Shown one piece after another: positions 7,396 through 16,431 of a DNA stretch of 64,000 nucleotides (position 1 is its first letter; each line of letters starts with the position of its first letter). The notes under the pieces were generated by a model that saw only the letters and a list, made by a program, of their open reading frames with translations, did no database searches and was not told where the DNA came from. The stretch comes from an uncultured Gammaproteobacteria bacterium (GTDB lineage Bacteria > Patescibacteriota > Patescibacteriia > UBA9934), in the NCBI GenBank assembly GCA_964452565.1, contig CAYVLY010000001.1:78638-142637 (forward strand), in the 5' to 3' direction. The position numbers and the translations under genes were made by a program.

Positions 7396-10263
7396 ATGAA
7401 GCGCATAATATCTTTTATTTGGATTTTCGCTTTTTTTGCAAGTGCGATTTTACCAGCAATGCATGTTCAGGCAGCTGACATAGAAGCCACTGCTGGAAGC
7501 CTTGTCAAGAACGAAACCCAATCAGCCGTATATTACTATGGCAGCGACGGAAACAGATACGCCTTTCCTAACGAGAAGGTGTTTTTTACTTGGTACGATG
7601 ATTTTGATGATGTAGTCGAAATTTCAGATGACGATATGGCAGATCTGCCATTGTCCGGGATAGTTACCTATCGGCCGGGAATTCGAATGGTTAAGATTCA
7701 GTCAGTACCAAATGTTTATGCAGTTTCAGCTGGTGCAGTTTTGCACTGGGTAACAACAGAAGAGGTTGCTGAGGCATTGTATGGATCAAGTTGGAATGCA
7801 TACATCGACGATGTATCTGATGCATTCTGGTATCACTATTCATTTGGTGGAGATCTAACACTTTCTAGCGGTTATGATCCAGACGAGGAAGAGTCATCGT
7901 CCGATGATATTGATGATGACCTTGATTTACGAGACGATGATGCAGTAGAGGGCTCACCAGAGGCTCCGACCCTTACAGCCCCTACGTCAGCAGAATCTGG
8001 AGAAGAATTTGATATCACCTGGACAGTTGAAGATGACGCGCTCTATTACTTACTACAAACCTCAACAAATGTCTCTTTCGCAGATGCAGATGAGGAGCAA
8101 TTTTCAAATTATCCAGATTTATCAGATGGAGAAACAACTGACAGCATTACAGAAACCACCTATTACAGGATGAGAGGTGATAATAACATTGGACAGGGCT
8201 CCTGGAGTAATGTTGAGACTGTTGTGATCGACACGGGTGAGGAAGACGAGGACTCTGACGGCGATGAAGACGAAGACGAGGATCCGGATGATGACGAAGA
8301 TCCTGATGAGGATGAAGAGCCCGATGAGGATCCAGACGAAGACGAGGATCCGGATGATGACGAAGATCCCGATGAGGACCCAGTCGACGATGATGACGAC
8401 GATGATGTGGATCCATTTGTGATTATCGAAAATGTACCAGATGGCCAGCAGCCACCAATGAACTCATATGGATATGGAGATACAAATTTCTGTGCTCCTA
8501 TTTCAGCTGCAAACGTCACTGAATATTGGGATGTAGTTATGGGTGAGCCAAATGCTGATCAAGTTGATGCTGATTTATTTGTAGTTGAAACAGTCGCAGA
8601 TTTTATTGGATTCTTCATGAATACTAATGGCATGGGAAGTATTAACCGTGACTTTGGCCTTGGTATGGGAACTCCGATAAGTAATATAGAAGACGGAATT
8701 TTGGATTGGGTTGTTTGGGATGGACTAGATGGAACGCAGTACGGATTTGATGATCCATGGTTTGATCTAGCTGGAAAAGTAGATTACACATCTTGGGATG
8801 TTGAGACACTAGACTTTACTGAGTCCTCAGATACGGATGCCTGGGATGATTATATGGATGAGATTGATGCTGGTAGGCCAACAGTCTTGTCATTTGCATA
8901 TTGGAATCCAAAATTTATAGATGAAGATACTGATCATGATGTTAAATTCTACAGTTGGGGCGATCAGATTTATTCATCTGAGGAGTCAGAGTTTGCACCT
9001 GAATTTAATGAGCCAGAATACTGGTACACAGATTCCTCTCCAAAGTATTCAACAGGGCATTCTGTGACTGGTGTTGGTTATGTTGAAGAATATGATGCTG
9101 GAGACGGATACACACGTGATTGGGCAATTGTGCACGATAACTGGGATACAACTGGAGAAAATGTTGCTATTCCATGGGAAATGTGGACAGCAACCACAAC
9201 AATCGAACCATTGGCTAATGCAGTCCCAGATGTACCAGAGCCATCAGGCCTGCCAGAGATCATGGTTGAAGACGTTTCATATACCCTTGAGTGGGATCAT
9301 GTACAAGGTGCAAAGACATATTGTATTGAGTGGGCAACTAATGAAGATTTTGACGATGCCCTTGCATCATGTGCCTGGAATGGTTATGAGACAACTTATG
9401 ATGTGACTCCTAGCATTGACCTGTGGACAGAAGAGCGGTTCCATAGAGTAAAGGCATGTAATGATATGGGATGTAGTGATTGGAGCGATACAGTTGAGTC
9501 AATAGTATTTTGGGACGATCCAGTTGTAGTTCCAGATGAGTCTGCCACGATTGGAGATGCTTTAAATGCCGTTGATGATTATGGAATCGTATATATTGAA
9601 CCCGGAACATATTATGAGGGTGAATTGTCTCTTCCAACTGGTGTATATCTAGCTGGTGCAGGAATTGATGAGGTAACCATTGATTCAACCGGTAGTTATG
9701 TTGGAGCTTATTGTTCAGATTCATATAATGTTATTCATAGTCTAACGATGACCGGTGCTAGAAGTACGCTTGTGTCATGTGATAACGGTGGCATTACTAT
9801 TCAAAAGTCAGTATTAATTGCAGATAATCAAGAAGGCTGGAATGCTAGTGGTGTCTATGCAGCTAATGGAGCCTATGTTGGTCTTTATAATGTTACTGTG
9901 GCAGCTCCAACTTACGGCGATAACGGGGTTATCACAGATACAGATAGTGATAATTATGTGTACGTCTACAACTCAATAATAGAAGGATTCACGCAAGGAA
10001 TATTTATACAGGGAGGTTTATTTATCGGTGATTATAATGATGTAAATGGGCCATATGGTGAAAGAAACTGGTATGGATATGCAACCCCAGGTGCCAATTC
10101 AATAACTGCTGATCCGTTATTCGTGGATCCTGCTGGGCATGATTTCCATTTAGATCCTGCATCTCCGTGTGTTGATGCTGGAGATCCAGAGGCTTGGTAT
10201 GCCGATGAGGATGGAACTATGAATGACATGGGAGCTTATGGAGGAACATTGATGGGGGATTAG
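7396..10263 (+). CDS. Large acidic secreted/surface protein: CPR-type N-terminal domain, Fn3-like, D/E/P linker, putative cysteine peptidase, beta-helix
   Basis: Signal peptide; AVYYYGSDG.RYAFPNEKVFFTWY; NFCAPISAAN..GHSVTGVGY..IVHDNW; C-terminal DPLFVD..DFHL..SPCVDAG..DMGAYGG. Start 7369 or 7396. Confidence 0.75.
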   Translation: MKRIISFIWIFAFFASAILPAMHVQAADIEATAGSLVKNETQSAVYYYGSDGNRYAFPNEKVFFTWYDDFDDVVEISDDDMADLPLSGIVTYRPGIRMVKIQSVPNVYAVSAGAVLHWVTTEEVAEALYGSSWNAYIDDVSDAFWYHYSFGGDLTLSSGYDPDEEESSSDDIDDDLDLRDDDAVEGSPEAPTLTAPTSAESGEEFDITWTVEDDALYYLLQTSTNVSFADADEEQFSNYPDLSDGETTDSITETTYYRMRGDNNIGQGSWSNVETVVIDTGEEDEDSDGDEDEDEDPDDDEDPDEDEEPDEDPDEDEDPDDDEDPDEDPVDDDDDDDVDPFVIIENVPDGQQPPMNSYGYGDTNFCAPISAANVTEYWDVVMGEPNADQVDADLFVVETVADFIGFFMNTNGMGSINRDFGLGMGTPISNIEDGILDWVVWDGLDGTQYGFDDPWFDLAGKVDYTSWDVETLDFTESSDTDAWDDYMDEIDAGRPTVLSFAYWNPKFIDEDTDHDVKFYSWGDQIYSSEESEFAPEFNEPEYWYTDSSPKYSTGHSVTGVGYVEEYDAGDGYTRDWAIVHDNWDTTGENVAIPWEMWTATTTIEPLANAVPDVPEPSGLPEIMVEDVSYTLEWDHVQGAKTYCIEWATNEDFDDALASCAWNGYETTYDVTPSIDLWTEERFHRVKACNDMGCSDWSDTVESIVFWDDPVVVPDESATIGDALNAVDDYGIVYIEPGTYYEGELSLPTGVYLAGAGIDEVTIDSTGSYVGAYCSDSYNVIHSLTMTGARSTLVSCDNGGITIQKSVLIADNQEGWNASGVYAANGAYVGLYNVTVAAPTYGDNGVITDTDSDNYVYVYNSIIEGFTQGIFIQGGLFIGDYNDVNGPYGERNWYGYATPGANSITADPLFVDPAGHDFHLDPASPCVDAGDPEAWYADEDGTMNDMGAYGGTLMGD
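8268..8369 (+). repeat. 36-bp direct repeat in the acidic linker
   Basis: AGACGAAGACGAGGATCCGGATGATGACGAAGATCC at 8268-8303 and 8334-8369. Confidence 0.85.
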
Positions 10264-10290
10264 ATGATTCAAATACAATTGAAATAGCAT

Positions 10291-10321
10291 ACCGCCCGGT
10301 CCATCGAATGGACCGGGCGGT
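10291..10321. terminator. Hairpin between convergent genes
   Basis: ACCGCCCGGTCCAT-cga-ATGGACCGGGCGGT, 14-bp stem. Confidence 0.75.
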
Positions 10322-10343
10322 TCGTTGTACGTCGGTATAGCGG

Positions 10344-11081
10344 CTAGGCCTCGAATTCACCGAGTGTCTTGAGGCATTGGGTCAGGTGGTTCTTGATCGC
10401 GGCTTGGTCGAGGATGAAGCCATGATCTCCATAGACACGATGCACAGTCACGTCCTGGTCACAGTACTTGGCATCGTAGTAGAACAGGTCGTTGTGAGGG
10501 ACGACTGCGACCACAGGGCACTTCAGTGGGCCGGTATTGCCGTGGAAGAAGGGCAAGGGAACCAGCCTCAGGCAGCAGCGCATGGGCTCGGGGCGTACGA
10601 TCTCGATGAGTTCCCGAGCCTTTCTGCTGGAATGGGCTTCGCCACGCTGCTCCCAGTTGAAGAAGGCCCTCCGGATCCTATCGAGGTTGTCGAGTGTCAC
10701 GTTGCCGGCGAAGAACCCGCGGAAGAATTCCCAGGGGATCGTCAGTACGCCGCGGACGTAGCCCCAGAAGGGCAGGCCGTACTGCGTAGTGGCTGCGAGC
10801 AGGATCACACTACTGAAGAGCTTGGGATTGTGGCGCGCGAGACGGCGGAGTGGAACGCCACCCATGGAGTAGGCGATTCCGATCACACCCTCGGTGATGC
10901 CTTCGTCGCCGAGCTGCTGCTTGCACGCGTCGACCATCTCGCGGACAGTGGTACCCTTGTAGCGCATGATGATCACGCGGTAGTCGCGGTCCGTGAAGAA
11001 TTCGATCACGAACTTGAGCCAGAGCTCAACGACTCCGCGGCTCCAGGCGCCAGGGAAAAGAACAACAGTCTTCTGCTTCAT
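10344..11081 (-). CDS. Alpha/beta hydrolase (GC-rich, own promoter and SD)
   Basis: VVLFPG, nucleophile elbow AYSMGG, late D and GDH; AAGGAG before ATG 11081; TTGACA at 11178-11173. Confidence 0.8.
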   Translation of the reverse strand: MKQKTVVLFPGAWSRGVVELWLKFVIEFFTDRDYRVIIMRYKGTTVREMVDACKQQLGDEGITEGVIGIAYSMGGVPLRRLARHNPKLFSSVILLAATTQYGLPFWGYVRGVLTIPWEFFRGFFAGNVTLDNLDRIRRAFFNWEQRGEAHSSRKARELIEIVRPEPMRCCLRLVPLPFFHGNTGPLKCPVVAVVPHNDLFYYDAKYCDQDVTVHRVYGDHGFILDQAAIKNHLTQCLKTLGEFEA

Positions 11082-11284
11082 CTTTGGCTCCTTCTGGTCC
11101 ATCCTTGGACCTGCCAGCTTGGGCGTCATGCCCTTTCTCGAAGCCGAGTACTACACCATGATTAGCGACTTTTGTCAATTAAAACATAAAAAACTACTAA
11201 CGTTTAACGTTGGTAGTTTTATTGACATATTCGGCTAATCACAGTACATTTCGTTCTTGTCCCATCACTTGAAAGGAGACTCTC

Positions 11285-12160
11285 TTGAGTGCAACTACAC
11301 TTCTTGTCCTGTTGGCAATGGCGCTCTTCGGGGGCTTTGCTGATGCATTCCGAAAGGTCGTGCTCGGGAAGCTCGGTCTGTATTCAACTGTGGGGTTCAT
11401 CTATCTGGGTTTTGCATTGCCCTTTGGAATCGCCTTCATGATCGTCACCAGAACATATCCGATCATTACTAGCAGTCTGATTGTGGCACACATGACTGCA
11501 CTTCCATTTGTCGGCCTGACAGTGGTTCTGTTCTACAGTGCGTTGCAGAAGACGGACTTCTCGATTTCTGCATCCATCTTCGGATTGGCGCCAGCAACTG
11601 CCATGATTGGAGAGTGGATTATTGGACGTTCCGAGCCAAGCTGGGCTGGAGCGCTTGGGATCCTCGTTGTGTCACTCGGTGCTTATATCCTTCATCTAGA
11701 CGCCTTCAAACATGGGCCGCTGACGCCGTTCAAACGGTTGCTCAAGGATCGGGGCGCCAGGCACGCACTTTACGCAGTGATTGCTATCGCGATCGCTATT
11801 CCATTCCAGCGTGAGGCTGTCTGTGTCTCCAAGAGTCCCGGATTCTGGATGGTCGTGGAGTCGAGCCTATGCATTCCGTTCCTGCTCTTTGGGGTGATCA
11901 AGGAGCGCGCCAAATGGCAGGTCACCACACAAACCAGGCTTTTCACCTTAGGCGCCGGGTCCATGTGGAGTATACATGGGATTTTGCTCTACACGGGTCT
12001 TCAGCTCACGCTCGGTGGATATGTCATGGCCATGCGTTCGTTGGCACTACTAGTCGGCTTCACGCTCGCTTACTTGATCCTCAGGGAAAAGGTGCGTTCG
12101 CGTATTCCTGGAATGCTTGTGATCATCATCGGAACGTTCGTGATCTCGCTCCTGGCTTGA
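11285..12160 (+). CDS. DMT/EamA family transporter
   Basis: About 10 TM in two repeats; TTGACA-N17-TACATT at 11222; AAAGGAG before TTG; terminator about 12185-12207. Confidence 0.8.
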   Translation: MSATTLLVLLAMALFGGFADAFRKVVLGKLGLYSTVGFIYLGFALPFGIAFMIVTRTYPIITSSLIVAHMTALPFVGLTVVLFYSALQKTDFSISASIFGLAPATAMIGEWIIGRSEPSWAGALGILVVSLGAYILHLDAFKHGPLTPFKRLLKDRGARHALYAVIAIAIAIPFQREAVCVSKSPGFWMVVESSLCIPFLLFGVIKERAKWQVTTQTRLFTLGAGSMWSIHGILLYTGLQLTLGGYVMAMRSLALLVGFTLAYLILREKVRSRIPGMLVIIIGTFVISLLA

Positions 12161-12288
12161 TCGCATCAGGTAGCCTCACCTCGGTCCTCCCTTGCGGAGG
12201 GCTTTTTGCTTGACGCAATGCTGGAAAAACGCTAACTTTCAAATGTCGCACGGAGCGGCAATAAGTAAATAGGAAGGGAAGTGAGAGA

Positions 12289-12738
12289 ATGGATCCGACT
12301 ACATGGATATGCGCTGCCGTAGCTGGCTTGTTCATCCTGTGGCTGATCGCGAAGGTCGTCAGCAAGCAGCAGACACGGTGGCGTCTTTCTCGCCCGATCA
12401 GCGCGTTCGATAGCTCTGCAGATAAGCTCCTGATCGAGGGTACGATCACGTCTGCGCGTGGCCGAGTTGTTGATACTGGGGAATATCGAAGTATCGGCCC
12501 TGGTGATCTTGCACCAGACATCGCTACATTCTGGACCTATAAGGTGCAGCTCAGCGATGGCACTACAGAGATCGTTCCAGGTATCCGTGAGAGTGTTCGG
12601 AAAAGGAGGGGTCTGCCAAACGACAACTCGGTCGGGCATGTCGCAGTCCTGTTCCTGCGCCGACGTGTCTTCTTCAGACAGAGGTGGGTCCGCTGGAAGT
12701 TGCAGGCCTGGAGCCACGAGGCAATACGCCTAGACTAG
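12289..12738 (+). CDS. Hypothetical membrane-anchored protein (orphan)
   Basis: N-terminal TM; TTGACG-N17-TAACTT at 12210; purine-rich SD; hairpin and T-run downstream. Confidence 0.65.
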   Translation: MDPTTWICAAVAGLFILWLIAKVVSKQQTRWRLSRPISAFDSSADKLLIEGTITSARGRVVDTGEYRSIGPGDLAPDIATFWTYKVQLSDGTTEIVPGIRESVRKRRGLPNDNSVGHVAVLFLRRRVFFRQRWVRWKLQAWSHEAIRLD

Positions 12739-12926
12739 CACAGGGATCCTGCCGCACATCGTCGTTCAAGTTCGGCTCACACAGCCGGGCTTTTTGCTTT
12801 GTTGTAGTTTTATTTATCCACATTGACAAAAAGTAGATTTACCCCATGTTTCGGGCATAGGGGCCAGCACCCGGTGCTGGACATGAAATGTGATATAATT
12901 GCGCGCGATAATGAGTTACATCTTTT

Positions 12927-13274
12927 ATGCAATCACTTGAGCAAGTTTATTTAAGATTACAAAAATCAAAAGCAAAGCGTCGGGAGTTTAATAAGATGAT
13001 TCGCGATGAGCTTTCGCAGGACCAGAGATATCGCGAGCTGACAGAGGAAATGAAAAAGCTGCGAGACGAGCGCAAGTCCATCGAAAACGAAATAAAGGCT
13101 CAGACAGCAAGCCCACAAGAGCTTGATGAGCTAAAGATCGAGATTCAAACAGATCAAGAACTTTTGGCTGATGTTGCACTGAATATGTTTATGGATAACG
13201 AATCAGTTGAAATCCTTGATGAACATGATCAGCGGTGGGTGCCACTGTTCTCAGTAAAATTCATTAAAGACTAA
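12927..13274 (+). CDS. Hypothetical coiled-coil protein
   Basis: 115 aa, host-like composition, directly upstream of secD. Confidence 0.7.
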   Translation: MQSLEQVYLRLQKSKAKRREFNKMIRDELSQDQRYRELTEEMKKLRDERKSIENEIKAQTASPQELDELKIEIQTDQELLADVALNMFMDNESVEILDEHDQRWVPLFSVKFIKD

Positions 13275-13370
13275 CAAGACCCCCGCAAACGCGGGATTTT
13301 GTTATCCATAGAGTACTTGCATTCGAGACGTTTATCCCGTAAAATAGCGTCGTTATTCACTTATTTGATT

Positions 13371-15401
13371 ATGGAGAAAAAACGAGGATTTCGTACACGG
13401 CGAGGGCTATATGGTGCTTTAATTGCGATTGTCGTGGTTTTTGTTTTAACAGCATCTGCTGCATTTCCTGGACCTTGGAATACGGCCGCGCGAGGCATCG
13501 AAAGCGCAGTTGGGCTAAACATGCCCGAGTTTAATGAAGATGACTTTAAACTCGGACTTGACCTTCAGGGAGGTGTGCATTTGGTATATGAGGCAGATAT
13601 GTCCGCGATCGATGCAGGAGATCGTGCCACTGCAGTTGAAGGTGTGCGCGATGTCATTGAGCGTCGTGTAAACGCATTTGGAGTTTCCGAACCAATTGTT
13701 CAAACAAATATAAACGGCGATCACTTTAGAATCATTGTTGAACTTGCAGGTATTTTCGATATTGAAGAGGCTGTAGGGCTGATTGGAGAGACACCAATCC
13801 TTGAGTTCAAGGTTCCAAAGGAGGATTTGGATGAGGCAGTAGAGTTAACAGAAGAACAGGAGATCCAAATGGCAGAAGCGCAAGCAGAAGAAGAAACTGC
13901 GGCCCTTGAGGTGTTAGATAGGGCACTAGCAGGTGAAGACTTTGGAGATTTGGCTCGCGAGATATCAATATCTTCAACTTCATTTAATAAAGGGTATTAC
14001 GGATATGTAACAGAAGATGACACTGTATTTGGCGAGCTTGTTGATCAAATCCAGAGCGAAAGACTTTCAGAAGGGGTTATTGATGGGCTTTATGAGTACA
14101 ACTCAACTCTTCATATAGTCGAGTACACAGGGACACAAGAGTCCGAGGAGGTCGAATTGTCACATATTCTTATATGCCACTCAGAGTCAACTTCGTGTGA
14201 TTCAGATCGTCCAATTGTTGAAGCGCAGCTTTATATTGAAGAGATACTGGCAGAAGTAACAACTTCAAATTTTGCAGATAAAGCAATTGAGTACTCAGAG
14301 GGTCCATCTGGTCCAGACGGAGGATATCTAGACTGGGTTGTAGAAGGAATGATGGTTGAACCGTTTGAAGATGCTGCATTTGCACTTTCAGATGGTGAGA
14401 TATCTGAGGTTGTAGAAACAGAGTTTGGTTACCACATTATTTATCGATCAGATTCACGAACAGAGACTCAGTACGAGATCTCTCACATTGAAATGGAATG
14501 GACAACAGAATCGGATCTGCTTGATCTAGATCCATGGGAGAACACTGAGCTTTCTGGAAAGCATGTAGATCAGGCAGCAGTTGCATTTGATCCAAACACT
14601 GGAATTCCATATGTATTGCTTAACTTTGATAGTGAGGGTGCAGATTTGTTCACAGCACTTACTGAGGAGCACGTAGGTAATATAATCGGAATCTTCCTAG
14701 ATGGAACAGCAATCTCAACTCCAGTTGTTCAGGATGTAATCTATGGAGGCGAGGCGACTATTACAGGAGATTTCACTATTGATGAGGCAAAGCTATTAGC
14801 TCAGCGACTAAATGCTGGTGCACTACCAGTACCAATCGAACTTTTAAGTCAACAGACGGTTGGACCTACCTTAGGCGCCATATCACTTGAGAGCAGCATT
14901 AACGCCGCACTTATCGGAATTATTTTACTAGCTCTGTTCATGATTACTTACTACCGATTATCTGGAATTTTGGCAGTATTGGCATTAATAGTGTATACGG
15001 GAGTTAACCTAGCACTATATAAGTGGCTTGGAGTTACAATGACATTGGCTGGAATCGCTGGATTTATCCTGTCACTTGGAATGGCAGTTGATGCAAATGT
15101 CCTTATCTTTGAGCGGCTTAAAGAGGAACTTAAGAGTGGACGTGATCTTTCAACAGCGATTGATGAAGGATTTAGACGGGCATGGACATCTATCCGTGAT
15201 GGAAATATTACAACATTGATCGCAGCGGGAGTGCTATTTACACTCAGCGGATTTATCAAAGGATTTGCTCTGACGCTTGCCATTGGTATCTTAGTTTCAA
15301 TGATGACAGCAATCTTTGTGACACGAATCTTATTGCAATGGGTAAGTGGATGGAAACCAGCACAGAAGCATTGGCTCTACGGTGTAAAGAAAACAAAATA
15401 G
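13371..15401 (+). CDS. secD: Protein translocase subunit SecD with inserted parvulin-type PPIase domain(s)
   Basis: LGLDLQGG, IERRVNAFGVSEP, LNAGALP, GMAVDANVLIFER, DGNITT; insert SHILI..SEGPSGPDGGYL..MVEPFEDAAFAL..VETEFGYHII. Confidence 0.95.
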   Translation: MEKKRGFRTRRGLYGALIAIVVVFVLTASAAFPGPWNTAARGIESAVGLNMPEFNEDDFKLGLDLQGGVHLVYEADMSAIDAGDRATAVEGVRDVIERRVNAFGVSEPIVQTNINGDHFRIIVELAGIFDIEEAVGLIGETPILEFKVPKEDLDEAVELTEEQEIQMAEAQAEEETAALEVLDRALAGEDFGDLAREISISSTSFNKGYYGYVTEDDTVFGELVDQIQSERLSEGVIDGLYEYNSTLHIVEYTGTQESEEVELSHILICHSESTSCDSDRPIVEAQLYIEEILAEVTTSNFADKAIEYSEGPSGPDGGYLDWVVEGMMVEPFEDAAFALSDGEISEVVETEFGYHIIYRSDSRTETQYEISHIEMEWTTESDLLDLDPWENTELSGKHVDQAAVAFDPNTGIPYVLLNFDSEGADLFTALTEEHVGNIIGIFLDGTAISTPVVQDVIYGGEATITGDFTIDEAKLLAQRLNAGALPVPIELLSQQTVGPTLGAISLESSINAALIGIILLALFMITYYRLSGILAVLALIVYTGVNLALYKWLGVTMTLAGIAGFILSLGMAVDANVLIFERLKEELKSGRDLSTAIDEGFRRAWTSIRDGNITTLIAAGVLFTLSGFIKGFALTLAIGILVSMMTAIFVTRILLQWVSGWKPAQKHWLYGVKKTK

Positions 15402-15404
15402 CTT

Positions 15405-16319
15405 ATGAAGTACTTTGACGTAATAGGAAAATCAAAAATCTGGCTTACAGTCTCTGGAATATTGATTGCGGCATCTATCGTAAGCATTGCAGTCTTTGGA
15501 CTAAATATTGGAATTGACTTTACTGGTGGGTCTCTGATGGATGTCACATTTGACGAGCCAGTCACTATTGATCAAGTTCGTTCTGTATATGAGACCTCAG
15601 AGTATTCAGCAACAGTGCAGCAGAGTAGTGAAACTGAGTATCTCGTCAGGCTTGAATCACTAACACAGGAGCAGCACACACAGCTTTTAGTTGATTTAGA
15701 AGAGCAGATAGGATCATTCGAAGAAAATAGATATGAGACTATTGGATCAGTAATTGGGAGTGAGCTAAAAGCAACATCAGTCAAGGCGATTATTATTTTG
15801 CTTGTATTGATCGTTATCTATGTAGCTTGGGCGTTCCGAAAGGTTTCGGAGCCAGTTAAATCGTGGAAGTACGGTGTTTTGACTATTGTTGCAGCAGCCC
15901 ATGATGTGATTATTCCACTTGGAATTTTCGCAGCACTGGGACATTACCTGGGATATGAGGTGAACACCGCGTTTGTTGCAGCACTATTGACCATTTTGGG
16001 TTATTCGATTAACGATACAATTGTTATCTTTGATCGGACTCGTGAGAATTTAGTGAATAATAAGAATAGCGCAAAGTCATTCAAGGAAGTTGTGAACATG
16101 AGTGTTGCTCAAAGTTTTGCAAGGTCAATTAATACTTCTTTGACAACCTTATTAGTTTTGCTTGCAATTCTCATATTTGGTGGAGAAACAACAAAGCCGT
16201 TTGTACTTGCATTGATTATCGGAGTTATGTCAGGTGCGTATTCATCAATTTTCCTTGCAAGTCCATTGCTTGTGAAATGGGAAGAGTGGAAGCGCAAGCG
16301 TGAGTCAATCACAGAATAA
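15405..16319 (+). CDS. secF: Protein translocase subunit SecF
   Basis: GIDFTGG, HD, GYSINDTIVIFDR.REN, RSINTS.TT. Confidence 0.95.
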   Translation: MKYFDVIGKSKIWLTVSGILIAASIVSIAVFGLNIGIDFTGGSLMDVTFDEPVTIDQVRSVYETSEYSATVQQSSETEYLVRLESLTQEQHTQLLVDLEEQIGSFEENRYETIGSVIGSELKATSVKAIIILLVLIVIYVAWAFRKVSEPVKSWKYGVLTIVAAAHDVIIPLGIFAALGHYLGYEVNTAFVAALLTILGYSINDTIVIFDRTRENLVNNKNSAKSFKEVVNMSVAQSFARSINTSLTTLLVLLAILIFGGETTKPFVLALIIGVMSGAYSSIFLASPLLVKWEEWKRKRESITE

Positions 16320-16431
16320 AAAAGAAATAAAAAACTCTCGACTTCGGTCGGGAGTTTTATTTTAAATTCATCCCCAATCCACTATTCCAGATTCCTGATT
16401 CTAGATCCCTACGTGCTATAATACACATGAT

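Noticed and set aside
8147-8519. Ser-rich and His/Arg-rich alternate-frame ORFs
   Set aside because: By-products of the acidic low-complexity linker.
10377-11165. 262-aa plus-strand ORF
   Set aside because: Shadow of the minus-strand alpha/beta hydrolase, which has catalytic motifs and an SD.
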